A program made the translations under genes and the position numbers. Source: Takakia lepidozioides (Eukaryota; Plantae; Bryophyta). Taken from it: 64,000 nucleotides of DNA. Shown here piece after piece: positions 51,063-64,000 of the stretch. Below the pieces are notes generated by a model that did no database searches, had not been told where the DNA came from, and was given only the letters and a program-made list of their open reading frames with translations. The stretch is from the NCBI GenBank assembly GCA_030704615.1, contig CM060731.1:32240001-32304000 (forward strand), read 5' to 3'. Numbering within the stretch: position 1 is the first letter of the stretch; every line of letters starts with the position of its first letter.

Positions 51063-53663
51063 ATGGCAGGGTTGCACCAGACACAGCTGTTTGATGGACA
51101 ACAGATCGGTGGCAGAGGTGGTACCACTGCAACCATGACTACTTTTGTCGGACCTCTTACTGGGGCCCAGAGTAGCACCCCAGTTTTCAAGACTGCTTCT
51201 GAAATAGGACGAAGAGAGGGAGTCAACAATAACTCTGGAGACACTTGCAGGGATGTGTGGGCCCTATGTAAGGCAGGAGGACTGAAAGAGGCGCTGCACA
51301 TTTTGAACCAACAAGGCATTCTTGCAGATTCCAATACTTATATTGGTCTTTTGCAGGAGTGCACCAACATGAAAGACCTAGCACAGGGGAAGCAGGTTCA
51401 TGCCCACATTATCCAAAACAGATTCAAGCCAAATATATTTCTGCTCAACACCCTTGTAAACATGTATGCCAAGTGCGGGAGTGTGGTGGATGCACGCCAA
51501 GTGTTTGACAAAATGCCTGCACGAACTCTGTCGACATGGAACATAATGATAAAGGGATATGCCAAGCATGGGTTTGGTAGGGAAGCTTTCAAGATCTATG
51601 AGCGAATGCAACAGGAATGCATGACACCCAATAGGATCACATTCATTTGCGTTCTCAATGCGTGCACCAGCCTAAGAGCCCTGGAGAAGGGCAAGCAGGT
51701 ACATGCTGATATCATAAAAGCTGGAATTCCGTCATATATAAATTTGGAGAATACGCTTGCTGACATGTATGCCAAATGTGGGAGCATAGAGGATGCACGT
51801 CAAGTGTTCAACAATATGGCTAAACGAGATGTGGTCTCATGGAATGCCATGATTGCAGGATATGCTCAGCATGGGTGGGGTGGGGAGGCTCTGGAGACCT
51901 ACGAGCAAATGCAACAAGAAGGGGTGATGCCCAACAGGGTCACATTCATTTGTGTTCTCAATGCATGTGCCAGTCTAGGAACTCTGGAAAAGGGTAGAGA
52001 GGTCCATGCTGACATCATGAAAGCTGGAATTCCGCCATATATTAATCTGGAGAATGCCCTTGTCGACATGTATGCCAAATGCGGGAGTATGAAGGAGGCG
52101 CATCAAGTGTTTGACAAAATGGCTCAGCGAGATGTGGTTTCATGGACTATAATTATGGCAGGGTATGCCAAAAACAACCAAGCTGAAGAGGCTTTCAAAA
52201 TATATATGAAAATGCGAGGCGAAGGGGTGATGCCTGACAGGGTCATGTTCATTTGTGTTCTCAATGCGTGTGCCAGCCTAGGAGCCCTGGAAAAGGGCAA
52301 AGTGGTCCATGCAGACATTATTAAAGCTGGAGTTGCTTCGTATCTGAACTTGGAGACCGCCCTTGTTGATATGTATGCCAAATGTGGGAGCATAAACGAT
52401 GCACGTGAAGTGTTTGACAATATGGCTAAACGAAATTGTGTCACATGGAATGCCATGATTACAGGATATGCTCAGCAAGGTTGTTGTAGGGAGGCTTTCG
52501 AGACATATATGCAAATGCAACAGGAAGGGGTGACGCCTGACAGGGTTACATTCATTTGTGTTCTCAATGCATGTGCAAGCCTAGGTGCCCTAGACAAAGG
52601 CAAACAGGTCCATGCTGACATCACTAAATTTGGAATTGCACCGTATGTAAATCTGGACAATACCCTTGTTGACATGTATGCCAAATGTGGTAGTGTAAAG
52701 GATGCACAGCAAGTGTTCGACAAGATGGCTGAACGGAATGTGATCTCGTGGAGTGCAATGATTGCAGGTTATGCTCAGCATGGGTTTGGTAGAGAGGCCC
52801 TGCAACTATTTGAACAAATGCAAAAGCAAGGCTTGACGCCGGACAGTATCACCTTTATATCTGTTCTCTCTGCATGTAGTCATGTAGGCCTAGTGGAGGA
52901 AGCCCATCATTACTTTGATTCCATAAGTCAAGTTCATGGCCTCACTCCTACACTCGAGCATTTTGGCTGCATGGTCGACCTTCTTGGCCGTGCAGGACGA
53001 TTGGATGAGGCAGAGGACTTCATCAACAAAATGCCAGTGAAACCAGATGCTGGCGTGTGGACCGCCTTGCTTGGTGCCTGCAGAATGCATGGCAATATGG
53101 AGGTAGGAGAACGTGTGGCAAAAAGCATGGTCGCTAATGATCCACAGGATTCTGCTGCTTATGTGCTGCTATCGAATATTTATGCTGCGACTGGCAGGTG
53201 GGACGATAAAGCAAATGTGAGAAAATTGATGGAAGACAGAGGTGTCAAAAAGCAGGCAGGGTGCAGTTGCATTGAGGTTGGCAACCAGGTGCATACATTT
53301 GTTGCAGAAGACAAATTGCATCCACAAATTAAGGAAATTCATGCCGAGCTGGAGAAATTGTCTGCACAGATGAAGGAGGAAGGGTATGTGCCTGACACAC
53401 ACTTCATATTGCATGATGTAGAGGAGGAGCAAAAGGAATTTTCTCTTTGCTACCACAGTGAGAAGCTGGCCATTGTTTTTGGGCTTATCAGTACCCCACC
53501 TGGAACGCCTATCCGTGTTATCAAGAACCTTCGGGTCTGTGGCAACTGCCATAATGCCACCAAGTTTATCTCTAAGATTGCTGGGCGGGAAGTTATTCTA
53601 CGGGATGCCAACAGGTTCCACCACTTTGAAGATGGTGTGTGTTCTTGTGGGGATTACTGGTGA
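51063..53663 (+). CDS. PLS-E1-E2-DYW pentatricopeptide protein, organellar C-to-U RNA editing factor
   Basis: 866-aa intronless ORF with 17 PPR motifs, E1/E2, HSEKLA..CGNCH deaminase signature and terminal CSCGDYW. Confidence 0.97.
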   Translation: MAGLHQTQLFDGQQIGGRGGTTATMTTFVGPLTGAQSSTPVFKTASEIGRREGVNNNSGDTCRDVWALCKAGGLKEALHILNQQGILADSNTYIGLLQECTNMKDLAQGKQVHAHIIQNRFKPNIFLLNTLVNMYAKCGSVVDARQVFDKMPARTLSTWNIMIKGYAKHGFGREAFKIYERMQQECMTPNRITFICVLNACTSLRALEKGKQVHADIIKAGIPSYINLENTLADMYAKCGSIEDARQVFNNMAKRDVVSWNAMIAGYAQHGWGGEALETYEQMQQEGVMPNRVTFICVLNACASLGTLEKGREVHADIMKAGIPPYINLENALVDMYAKCGSMKEAHQVFDKMAQRDVVSWTIIMAGYAKNNQAEEAFKIYMKMRGEGVMPDRVMFICVLNACASLGALEKGKVVHADIIKAGVASYLNLETALVDMYAKCGSINDAREVFDNMAKRNCVTWNAMITGYAQQGCCREAFETYMQMQQEGVTPDRVTFICVLNACASLGALDKGKQVHADITKFGIAPYVNLDNTLVDMYAKCGSVKDAQQVFDKMAERNVISWSAMIAGYAQHGFGREALQLFEQMQKQGLTPDSITFISVLSACSHVGLVEEAHHYFDSISQVHGLTPTLEHFGCMVDLLGRAGRLDEAEDFINKMPVKPDAGVWTALLGACRMHGNMEVGERVAKSMVANDPQDSAAYVLLSNIYAATGRWDDKANVRKLMEDRGVKKQAGCSCIEVGNQVHTFVAEDKLHPQIKEIHAELEKLSAQMKEEGYVPDTHFILHDVEEEQKEFSLCYHSEKLAIVFGLISTPPGTPIRVIKNLRVCGNCHNATKFISKIAGREVILRDANRFHHFEDGVCSCGDYW

Positions 53664-54554
53664 AACACACAAGGCGCAGGAAGCCAGTGCCCAGTCATAA
53701 ATTGTCCTGCGTTTGTAAACAAAGAGATCTGAAAAGAAGCACTTCCGTGTTATTAATTGTGATAGTCAGTGCTTCACTTTCTGTGAGCTGCAGACTCTGA
53801 TAGTCATGATTCAAGCATGATCATCCAACTGCAGCTGGAAGTCACCACAAAGCTTTTTGCAGAGGAGTTGTGGACAGTTTCAAGGGAATTGAAAAGATGC
53901 CACAGTCACAGGGGTTGAAAGTTTTTGCACCATGTGAAAACCTCATGGGAAAAACGTGCCCTCCATTTAGTAATTTCCCCCTTTCCCTCTTATGCCGTTG
54001 AGCTCATGGGCTTGTTGAGCTCATGGGCTTGTCAGCGTAATCTGAGACTGCGCATAGCCAGGCAAGTAATTATCTTGTCAGATACTTTTACCAACCACGC
54101 CTATTAAAAAGTTCATTCTTTACTGGGGGTAAAGGCTTGTGAATTGTATTTCACTAATTAGAGAGCTCCTGCCCTCATCATGTAAAATACTGGTTGCAAG
54201 ACTTCACCTAATACAGGAAGTTCTGAGGAAGGGGATCCCCCAAAACATTGAGGAAGACTGGCATTTTTGTTTTATTTTTCTCAAGGGACTCGGGAGCATC
54301 CAGTATCTCAAGACGTGAACTCCTCTTTCTTCTACTCAACAGGAGATGGGTTTCTCGGACTGAGCTCCATACTGTATATCAACATTGTTACCGTCACCAA
54401 ATTGTTTTTCACCTTGCACCCTCTAGTGCAAATTCCATGAGCATTGCTTCATAAATTCAGTTTGGCTAGGAGAGTTGGCTATACATGCCAAAAAGCATGT
54501 ATCATATTGATGATTGTAAACTTCTGGCCTATATGCTGCCTTCCCACCCAATGG

Positions 54555-54630
54555 CTCTCACCTTTGAGGCGTCCTTAAGGTCCTCACCCATGTCATAAAC
54601 TGGAAACAAGTTCAGAGAATTTTAGGCATA
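54555..54630 (-). mobile_element. Short old LINE family A fragment
   Basis: cccatgtcataaactggaaacaagttcag matches 19159-19187. Confidence 0.55.
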
Positions 54631-55560
54631 ACTTTGCTTAGAGGGAATGTACTGATTGCGAACATTGGTTTGTCAAATCGCCATCAACCCCATGGGAAAC
54701 TAACTCTCCCAGAGCCGTTTGTCAGGTTAGCAACCACCAGGGTTTAGAGAGAGAGTTTACAACATCAGCAGTGAAGAGGACATTCTCTGTAGCCCAGTAT
54801 GGTACAAGAACCTGACCTATCAATGGCTCTTGCTGGAATTGCAAAACCTTGTCATGCCACAAAACAGAAAGGAATGTCCTGAAAACATAGAAAATACAAT
54901 AATATGTACTATGCAGGAGCACAAAAGTCTATTGCCCAATGGCCATATGCTTCAACCCCCTGTTTGCAAGGTGCAACAGACAAATCATGAGTTCTTAATC
55001 CTCTAGCAAGAGCAGACACAGACAAAGACATATTCAAGTGTTCAAAACTATCTAGAGTAGTCCTGCCAGGACTCTGCAGGGCAGCACCATCCCACCATAC
55101 AAATGTCCCTTTACAATCTGTACACAAGACTGTACAGTAAATTCTCTATTTTTTTCTATATTTTTCTTCTTTTTTTGCGAAAGGTACCATTTTTATCTTT
55201 AAAATGTTGTTCACTCGCCAAAAAAATGAAATTGGTGCTACTCTCTCTCCTGGAAACCCAAGTCCAGTCACTTGCTTCAACATCAAGAATCAATTAGGAT
55301 TTAAAGGTCAACAGTGACAGATTTGAAACAATTCTACATTAATATCTTACAAGATTTCCACATTGCAAACTTGGGATTAAGAGCAAAAGTTAATCGAAGA
55401 TGCTGCAGCCCCCTCAAAGCACTCAAATTGACTGTACAATTGTTATGGCTTTCAAACTCCCTTTCTCCATTTGACACATGCCGTCAACATCACACTTTTG
55501 TGTTACTAACTTGTCTCTTCCTTCCTGTCAATGCACCTGAAGACATCTGTGGTAAGGGGA

Positions 55561-58500
55561 CTATGCTGTTGCCAACCCTTGAATGTAGTTGAGATCCAGA
55601 ACACCTTTGGCTCCCCAGCCTCTCGTACCTTCCGGTACACTGGGTCTAAACTTTTCATACAGGTGGTAGGCCTCGCCCCCAATTTTCTCGGGCTCCACAG
55701 AATTGGCTAAAGTCTCCATTGCAGCTGCACCCATGACAATATGTTGTGATTAAAATGTAGGGCATACCTGCTCTGCTCTCTCTTCTGCCTACTCCTGCAA
55801 GCAAGAGGAACAACCAAGGTTTCTAGAAGAATTTGGATGCCATCCAAAGACCATTTCTTGAGCTCAAGCACCTATACATCTGATGTCAAGACACTATAAC
55901 GACACAATCAACCCACTAACCTGTTTGTCATCATCTCTACACAGGGGCCTGCATGAAAATCTAGGCTAATTATCTACCAGGTGGATCAGAACCCAACCAT
56001 GGAGGAGTTATATCCAGCAAGTAATATAACAACACACAACACAAGACATTGCAGACAAGTATTCACACAGGACTCATGATGACCAACTTCAGTAATTCCA
56101 GTTAAATCCTTCTTTCTCACTTATTAGAAGAGAACTTTTACATTTTTTGGTGGGGAAATATGGAAACTGTGGAATACAAGCTCTGTTCCTGGTCTGCAAG
56201 TCTACTTCTTTGGGACACTTCTGCAAATAGAACACGAATATTAAAAGAATACAGAAACATGGAATTTGCAGATCTGTTACTATTCATACAAGGAAGGAGT
56301 ACGAATTTGGAGCATATGTTAGAAACTGTTGTAGTCTTTCAAGGAACAGTAGCAGCACCTACCTTTTACACGATCAAAATCTGAATGAAATGCTCGCTGG
56401 AGGTAAGCATTCACTGTTGCTGGAGACATTTGCCGGCCATCCTGGACTGCAAGTCGTAACCCCTTGTCTGTGGTCTTCCCATAGAGACTAGAACCAAACA
56501 CCTCAAACTTCTCACCCTCCTTTTTCCGTTTCTTTTTGCTGCTCTCTTCTGAAGGTTCCTCAAACACGCCTAGCCTGCGACCCTTCGAGTGCGCATAGAG
56601 ACCAGATATGGCTTTTCCAAAAGTTAAGCCTTCCTCAAACTTGTAGCCCTCTCTCTCAGCCACAACTGCTACCCATAGAGTGAGTACCGGTGCCCTATTT
56701 ATCCTGATTTCTCCTTCCTGATCACCTCAGAAAAGGTTCAATACACTTCATCAGTTTCTTGAGAAAAATCCAACAGATGATAAGTTACATGCCCCTCTTT
56801 GCATCACCTCGTGAGATCCATTCCTTGAATGTGTGCAATAGACAACTGATATGCAACTGTAACATGCCGTAACTGTCACCCAAATTGAAGTCTTTATGAT
56901 GCAAAAGCTCATTCCCTAATCAATAGATTTCACATCACCAGCTTGTCTTTGTACCAAGCCCTGTGAGTGGAGACCCACAGTAAGATACCCACAGGGCATG
57001 CCAGATGACCCAACTTGAAGCTCATAGGGAGTTAGAAAGCACACCGGGTACACTCTAGCCAAGTGAATGGTTGCGTTTGCCAACAAAGTTATTGAGATGC
57101 TTTGGACCATCACCAGACGAGACAAACCTGCTGAGGAATTTCCTTTTGAACTTCGGTTGCTTCTTCCTCCTTGCTCTCATGGGCTCCCATGCTTGCCTCA
57201 GATTTGTCAGTTCCTTTCTCAGATTTCTCAGTATCGGGGATGGTGAGGGACTTTCGCTTTCTCCCTCTCTTCTTCTGCTCTGAATTGAAAGAACAGCAGT
57301 ATGCACTTTTGAATGAATTCTCAACGATCCTTAGCTAGTTTTTAATTAAAATTTGGATTTGAAGGAGTCAGGTGATTGTCAAAAAGAGAGGGGAAGAAGA
57401 GACACAGAGTGTTCAAGGAGAAAAAAGGAGAGAACAAAATGAAGTTGAACCAGTGACCCCCTGGTTATAATACGGTTGGGGGAAACAGAGAGTAATGCAC
57501 ATGTTAACTTGCCTAGTGCCCATAGATCCCTGGCCAGAGAGAGAGACAGAACGAAGTTCATAGAGTTGTGGGAAGTACCAAGAGAGAGAGCTTGTGTGAT
57601 GGAAAGAAGGGTCACATTTCCCAACCACTACTATCCTTTTACATAGGGAATTCATGAACCACACCTTTCATACTCTCATCAAGGGAACTCTGTCTCTCCC
57701 CGCCAGCCTTGATCCGAGTCCGCATTCTTGAGTTGCCTTTCTTCTCATCTTGAGCAGGTTTCTCCTCTGGCACTGCAAGTCAGTTGTCAAAGCAAGGAAT
57801 CAACGTGAAGTTACAAAGAACACCGACAAGTTGAAATTCCCACCAGAGCTACCAAGCAAGGTTTGGGGTTTCTTGATGCTTCATGTGCTTCTCTTGTAAT
57901 TGTGTCCCATGGGCTGTCTGGACCTCCAAAGGCTTCAGATCATAAAATTTTCTTTATTTCTCGTTACTTTTCTGGTGGGAAGAAACAGGCCAGAACATAC
58001 TTCATCAACTGCAAGCCAAGCTCATAGCCAAGTGTCTTTCTTTAGTGCTATAGTCTGTTAAGCTATATTGACATAAGCTCTTTAGTGGACGTTAAAAATT
58101 TCCTTTCTTTCTTGCGTTCCACTCTCAAAACTGGGCAAAATTATTCGTACCCTAGAGAAATTGATCCAGGAGGTTAAAACAGCTCAAGGGTACACAATAT
58201 CCTCAATTCAATGCCATTGCCACCGTTCGCAGGCTTATATATGCTTAATCAGAAAGTGTCTCTCCGTCTCTCTGGGCCTTCTGCATCTCCACGGACTTCA
58301 TAGCTTTCTTTGTCTCTTTGTTTGTCATGCGTTAAGCTTTTTGGGCATTTTATGCAAGTTAAATAAAAGAACCTCTTTGTCTTCCTCTCTCTCGATGTGC
58401 ATTTGGAATGATTGATACTGACATGTGCAGTACTTGATACAGTTATGGAAGCACATTCTCGATTCAAGGGGAAACGCTGCATCCATCGAAACCCACATTC

Positions 58501-58659
58501 CTATTCTTACATACTTGTAATAATCCGGTGTTTCGACAGCTTGTGACAAGTCTATTTTGAGCAGAAAACGGGGGTATGGAGAAATCTACCAGCTTCATCG
58601 CTTTGTGCCTTTGGAGGTGCGCCTCGAGTAGTCCCTTTGGCTGGGCGTCCACGAGGCAT
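55561..58659 (-). CDS. 282-aa protein: AT-hook-like N-terminus, NLS-like tracts and an uncharacterised conserved domain; 5 exons
   Basis: Exons 58659-58590, 57772-57665, 57279-57128, 56717-56363, 55724-55561 total 849 nt in frame; MPRGRP, KKRGRKRK, INRAPVLTLWVAVVAER..SKGRRLG..LYEKFRPSVPEGTRGWGAKGVLDL. Confidence 0.75.
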
Positions 58660-59699
58660 GACGTATCTCGCTGTTGGTCTGCAAGATATATAGCTACGGA
58701 AGGATGACTGGTGAGGAGTGGAGGAGGAACCCGAAAAGAGAAGCTAAGTGCCGCTCTTCTGCCAGATCTCCAACTCTGGGTACTGAAAAGAAAACAAACA
58801 AAGCAGACAGGCGAAAGAAGTGAACTTTCTGTGGGACTCCAGAAAAATGAGAAACAGAGCTTATATGTAACTACAATGACGTGACCTTATATACTTCCTA
58901 TACTCTAACAGTCATCGTGCTAGGAGTAGAAACCCCGAAGAGACTACAAAACTATTACTCATGAAGACAGTGTCTTCTTGAGAGAACCCAGCAAATAGGA
59001 TATTTGCTAGAATGTTTACGTAGTCTTAGTAGTACTCATCAATCTCATCAAACTTTTAGATCCGATTGACCCAAAACGAAAGATTTCCTTCACTAAACTG
59101 TGATGAAGAACTCAGTGATTTTGTTTGGACCCAAAAATGCAACAAGGAAAAGGAAGCCCGTTTGATCTGTTCGCATGATTTCCTCCACAGTGAAGATGTT
59201 TTTCGATCTGACTCAGAAGGACACTTGTCCCCGTAACATTAGCCACATGCCAGCTTCTCATCACAACTCAAGGGAGGCAGTACAGCATCAAAGGAAGGAT
59301 GAGGACGACGACACATGGCTTGCGTTGCATGGGATGGCCCACGTAGGCCTGCATTTCCTCTTAAGTTACATTGGCCTTGACAGGAATAGGGTTATCACCC
59401 TTGACACGGAAATACCGTACTTACCTAGCTTACTAGGCAATAATTAATTCAAAATCAAGTGCCTAATTTTTTATTTATTTTTCTTAATGTTAACAGGGGG
59501 ATTGTAGCCCTGATAAATTTTATTGAAAGATAAGGAAAAAATAACCTTACAAAGAGCCAGAAGGAAGATTAATGAGGCACCGCTCCAAACCAGGAATCGG
59601 CAACGGAGGGGGGAGGAGAGAGGGAAACAGAGTAGAGTCACCTCAAATATCCAAGCACTAACCTGAAAGCCAGAACAAGGAAACAACCTAATTAAAAGC

Positions 59700-62600
59700 T
59701 ACCAGAGAGCCAGCGTTCAGCAAGTCCATCAGAACTATACTAAACCCAAGCAATCAAATAGCCTGAAACCAGATAACTCACAAGTTTAATGTAGCGTGGT
59801 TGGCGGGGTCCGGTATAAATGGAAAAAGTGCCGGGCAGGAGGCAGGATTAAGGGGGGCCTGCAGCAAATCTGCCGGGCGGAGCCAACGGTGGAGCACTGA
59901 GTCAACGGTGGAGCCGTTTTGGGGCAAGTACCGTGGCACCATGGAGATGCTCTTAGATGGAATCAACCTGCGGCTGTACCATTTGACAGCAAACACTACC
60001 AGGGACCTTGCTGCACAGTTGATGGGGGAACACTGGAATTTTTGAGGCAGAACAAAAATGAATATCAGACTGGTCTGGTAACAGGTAGGGTATTACTTTA
60101 AGATTTATTGGGGGCAACCTATTCATAACCGCCAGGGTATTTCTCTTGGTTAAATAAGGGATGGGGATTTGATAGCCGGCCTCCCCCCTCAGGCGACCAT
60201 ACCGGTAGAGTCTCTAGTCTAAACTAGTGTTGTACCAGTATATAAGATACTATTGCATAACTAAGATTAAAAGATTGGAGTGTGGCGAGAAAGTGTGGTG
60301 GTTAGGTGCATGAATGATAGTGTCACGATTTGGGATTTACAAATGGTGCGGAACACTTGGTAATTAAATGAATTAACTTACATTGGTTTGTTATTTTTTT
60401 ACTGGAAGTGGATCCCCACTCCCCTATTCGAGGTCCAAGAAGCTCCAACTCCGAGATAAAGGTAACATACAAGAACATTAAGTCCCGTCTGAAGAAAGAC
60501 CAATAATATTGACGATGCCTTTGAGTCGGACACTGCATAAGCACTTTAGAGTTTTTCATGTCTCCCTCTCTGCCCGAGGCTCCATACATAGATTCTTTAT
60601 AAAGAAATTTTATCATAGTTTGACAAATAGCACTTAGTTACCACTATGACAGGTGGAGATTACATATCTTAATCAGTAGGTCTTGGAATGGAAAGTTGAG
60701 GAAGTGCGGCGCAAGCTGAATGACTACTACTTCCCTTACATTCAGGTAATATCAAGTGATGGTTTTTCCTTGTTTGTTTCCATGTCAACCACCTTTGTGT
60801 GTTAAGTTGCGACCCCTGGTTTTCTTCCTTGTACTCTCATCATTTTCTTGAGCATGATCGGCATCTCTAAATCTCATCAAGAATGCTATCCTCCCTCTAA
60901 GTGATGAGTCTCCCTTAGATAATGAATGATAATCTTGAGGTATCTAAATGCCTAAGTCGACATCAAATGCAATGACTGAACAAGTTTTAAATGTCTTAAC
61001 TATGTAAAGAGTTGGGTCAACTTCAAGAGTGTCAACTCATTACATATGATTAAATTTTTCTTTATGAGCGAACCCTTCCAATTCTAACTCTAACATGTGT
61101 CTCTCAAAGCAATAGCTCTCCAACAGTCGCACACAGTGTAGAAAAAGACCTGTGGATCAAGGAAGGTGAAAAAACAACCACTGATCTTCATTACTTTACT
61201 AGATAATGAGCACTCACGTACATAATACATGTGTTGAATCTCAAAGTCAACCTCCGAGCACCTACAACTTACTCCAAGTCTGGCCTACTTGCTCAATGCA
61301 ATACTGACCAAAAGTCAGATTACTGAATTCTCTGAGGTCCTGCACAGTGAACTGAAATTCACCTGGGAACTATTATACGGGAAGTTTAATATTCTGTGGG
61401 AACCTTGCCTGGTCCACCGAATAGTGTAATTGGAAATAGCTCTCATGGATTGCTCAAGTACTGACACAGTTATATCTTGATTGCAATGGTTCAATTTATC
61501 GATATCCGTGGAAAAGATAAAAGCCTCCTTTGTTGAAGGAAGCCACGTTATGTTCACAGTGTACTCTCACTCTTACAAATTTCTGAAGTTCTAGTCTATG
61601 TTCAGTTCCGGATTGAAAGCCCTTCGTTAAGAGCGTGAGTAGGGACAATAATCAGGCTGAGCTATGCATTACTTCGTTAACTTACCACTTGCGCTTGTAC
61701 TTCTGAAGGCCACTAAGGTGCCAAATTATTATAGTAGTGAAGTAGATTTCTCTGGACTGACTCTACGCGAGGTCCGGACCTAAAGTCGGTTGTTTATATC
61801 TTTTCCGTCACTCATCATTTAGTTTCTCAACATTTAGTTTTATTTGGTCATCCCTGTGCTGGCTCTAGTTGAGAATGTCTTGTTGCCTCAATGGATGGGC
61901 ATTACCAATAGTAATGTGATTGTGTTATACTGGATGGACAGTCCTCAGGAAACATGCATCATACCTTGTTAGATTCGAGCTCTATTGCAATTTAGTGCTG
62001 ATTATTCTACTTGTCTTCATCTTTTTTGTATGTTCAGGACTGTGTAGGATGCTCGAGTCTACAGAACATTATCATCATAATATGATTGGAACCTCTTTGC
62101 CGATGGAAGCCACTTTAACTAGTTTCTTGTACCGTTTCTTCAACGTACGAGCGACTGTATTTTGGTCTCAATGAAAAAAAAGGGTTGTGGGTGTAAATCA
62201 CTCAAGACATTGGAGAAAAAAGTACAAAGGGCCGAAAGAGTAGAGGCAGAGGGGTCAGCTTCAGATAAGTTGATGCTCAAAGAATTATGGAAAAATGAGT
62301 TGGAAAATTGCACAGATTTCTAGATGTGCAGTGTGAAACTCCTTGCAGCTACCGATGTGTTGGAAACATTACTTTCTTACTTTCTTCTTCAAAGATACAA
62401 CATTCTTGAAAATTGTACGGGACAGTCAGGTGACCTTTGGGCCCTTTGAGAAAGGGTTGCAAACCCTCTCTTATCAATCTCTCGTCTGGTTTCTCCATCA
62501 GCTTCCTGAACATGAGGACCACATGGTGTATCGAGAGTGGGTGGAATATGCTCCGGATCACGTAGAGAGCATGTACATGGAGGACCTCTCCATCAGAGGA

Positions 62601-63560
62601 TACCTTCTAAAACCTGAAGACAAGAAATCCATGTGAGAGCAAATTACCTTGTATCTTACACATCTTAAGCAATCGGGTGGTAGGAACAACTCGGCACATA
62701 TCTTTTCCTAACACCTTGGGGCGCAACATCAAAGACTCTATTAGCATGAATCACAAGCGGAGGGCGATTATATTGAATATTGGCTTGCAAAGTGATAGAC
62801 TGCACAAGTCCTATGTGGGGATGAGAAGTGGAACGAAGTGGTCGTGTCTTGGGAACATTTTCCCACAGCTCGATAAGAATTTCTCATGCCCTTTTGTTGA
62901 TCCTCAATACGATGACTATGCAAGTTTGTCCACCACTTTTGGTGAGCCAAAATTCTGCATCGGCATGCAACTCAACAAGTGATCTGACACACCAACTTCA
63001 ATCACAAAAGTTGGTCAATTCCCTTCTATGCCACGAAACTTGGGTTTGTAAACCACATCCCCTTCCTTTGATTTGCGCAAAGGGTCTCCAAATCTGGCTG
63101 ATCCAAGATTCACAATCACATTTCGGGGAAGGCCTAGATGAATCAACTTACCTGCGAACATCCTCCCAAACTTTGTTGCCCCGACCTCATGCACTACACC
63201 AACTATGAGCTTCACAATCAAAATCACTTCTCTCCCGTCGTACAGAATCCTCATGCGTGGTAGCCATCCATCTCCCTCCTAGCGCATCCTGTCAATCTCA
63301 TCAACAGACTCTTTTTTGACATCTCTAAAACCCAAGTATTGAGATGTCCGTATCCCCTCAATCAAACTCCTCGAGCGTGTCGTGCAAATCTCCTGGAAAG
63401 GAACCAAGTCTGTGAAACGGAGTGGGCAAATATTAGGATATTCAGTGAGCACTTCTTTCAGGTTTTAATCCCTCCAAGTTGGACGGTTTGACACAAACTC
63501 GACATCAGTCTCCCCACCATGGTATAACGCCATCTTGCAGATGATGCACCTTAACAAGCT
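59700..63560. mobile_element. Heavily degraded, probably TE-derived sequence
   Basis: No coherent gene model; only short ORF relics with weak retroelement-like wording. Confidence 0.25.
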
Positions 63561-63733
63561 AACATTTTACATCAACACTTTAATCATTTTGAAAACATAT
63601 ATGGAGTTTTTTTTGCACCTAGTGCATGCATTACTATTGTAAAGTGTAGTATCATATGAAATTTGAAGGGCATTGACAATTGATGTAGCAACAATTGTGG
63701 ATAGACACAATTTCTCCCGATCGACCTCTAATA

Positions 63734-64000
63734 CACTACAACAGAATCCGGCTTTTACGTCTGCTATTTTCCAGTCGTATCAGCCTTTTATGACTGCATG
63801 ACTGCCCAATCAGATAAGCCCAGTCAGTTGTGACAAAAGAGTCGTAAGCGTCATAGAGTCGTATCTGCCAGTCGTGGAGCTCACTGTTGACGTGGTAACG
63901 GGGACGCCTAATCATAGTCATTGATAAGACCGTAATAATTGACTGCGAATCCATGTCAGCTTCACGTGGAACGGAAGAGATATGCCATGTGTCACGACAA
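63734..64000. mobile_element. Terminus of a CACTA transposon extending beyond the window
   Basis: CACTACAACAGAATCCGGCTTTTACGTC followed by repeated GTCGT/ACGAC-type subterminal motifs. Confidence 0.8.

Noticed and set aside
51378-53552. Multiple antisense ORFs over the PPR gene
   Set aside because: Shadow frames of repetitive coding sequence.
53250-53663. U-to-C (DYW:KP-type) editing factor
   Set aside because: The HSE motif and DYW terminus fit the C-to-U class.
58249-58652. Separate short minus-strand ORFs
   Set aside because: Better explained as alternative frames and intron 1 of the 55561-58659 gene.

Overview
Eukaryotic nuclear DNA from a non-seed land plant (bryophyte-, lycophyte- or fern-like; inferred from the PLS-DYW PPR style, PAS/receiver relics and a nuclear rps10), with GT-AG introns and one 500-N gap. 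Bases 1-22000 are mostly transposon debris: a Mutator-like transposase relic with a GCM-like zinc finger, a U2 snRNA gene, a copia gag relic, an internally deleted CACTA element with nested LINEs, and a PAS/receiver relic carrying a pile-up of LINE 3' ends. Bases 22600-58700 are gene-rich: lumazine synthase (full-length LINE in intron 3), a 67-aa ORF directly upstream of an EMB2735-like ORF, a secreted Gly/Pro-repeat protein, a scrambled OSB-PDF/PPR pseudogene, an LRR protein, RPL11, nuclear-encoded mitochondrial RPS10, an intact PLS-E-DYW PPR editing factor, and an AT-hook protein with an uncharacterised domain. The window ends in TE remnants and a CACTA terminus. Best leads: (1) a probable spliced bicistronic or conserved-uORF unit at 30810-32779; (2) an apparent PDF (ssDNA-binding)-PPR fusion that becomes readable after undoing a ~940-bp inversion; (3) a LINE family that lands in (CT)n tracts and has a highly structured 5' leader and 47-aa N-terminal repeats. 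All exon models were built by hand; family names come from recalled motifs, and no searches were run.
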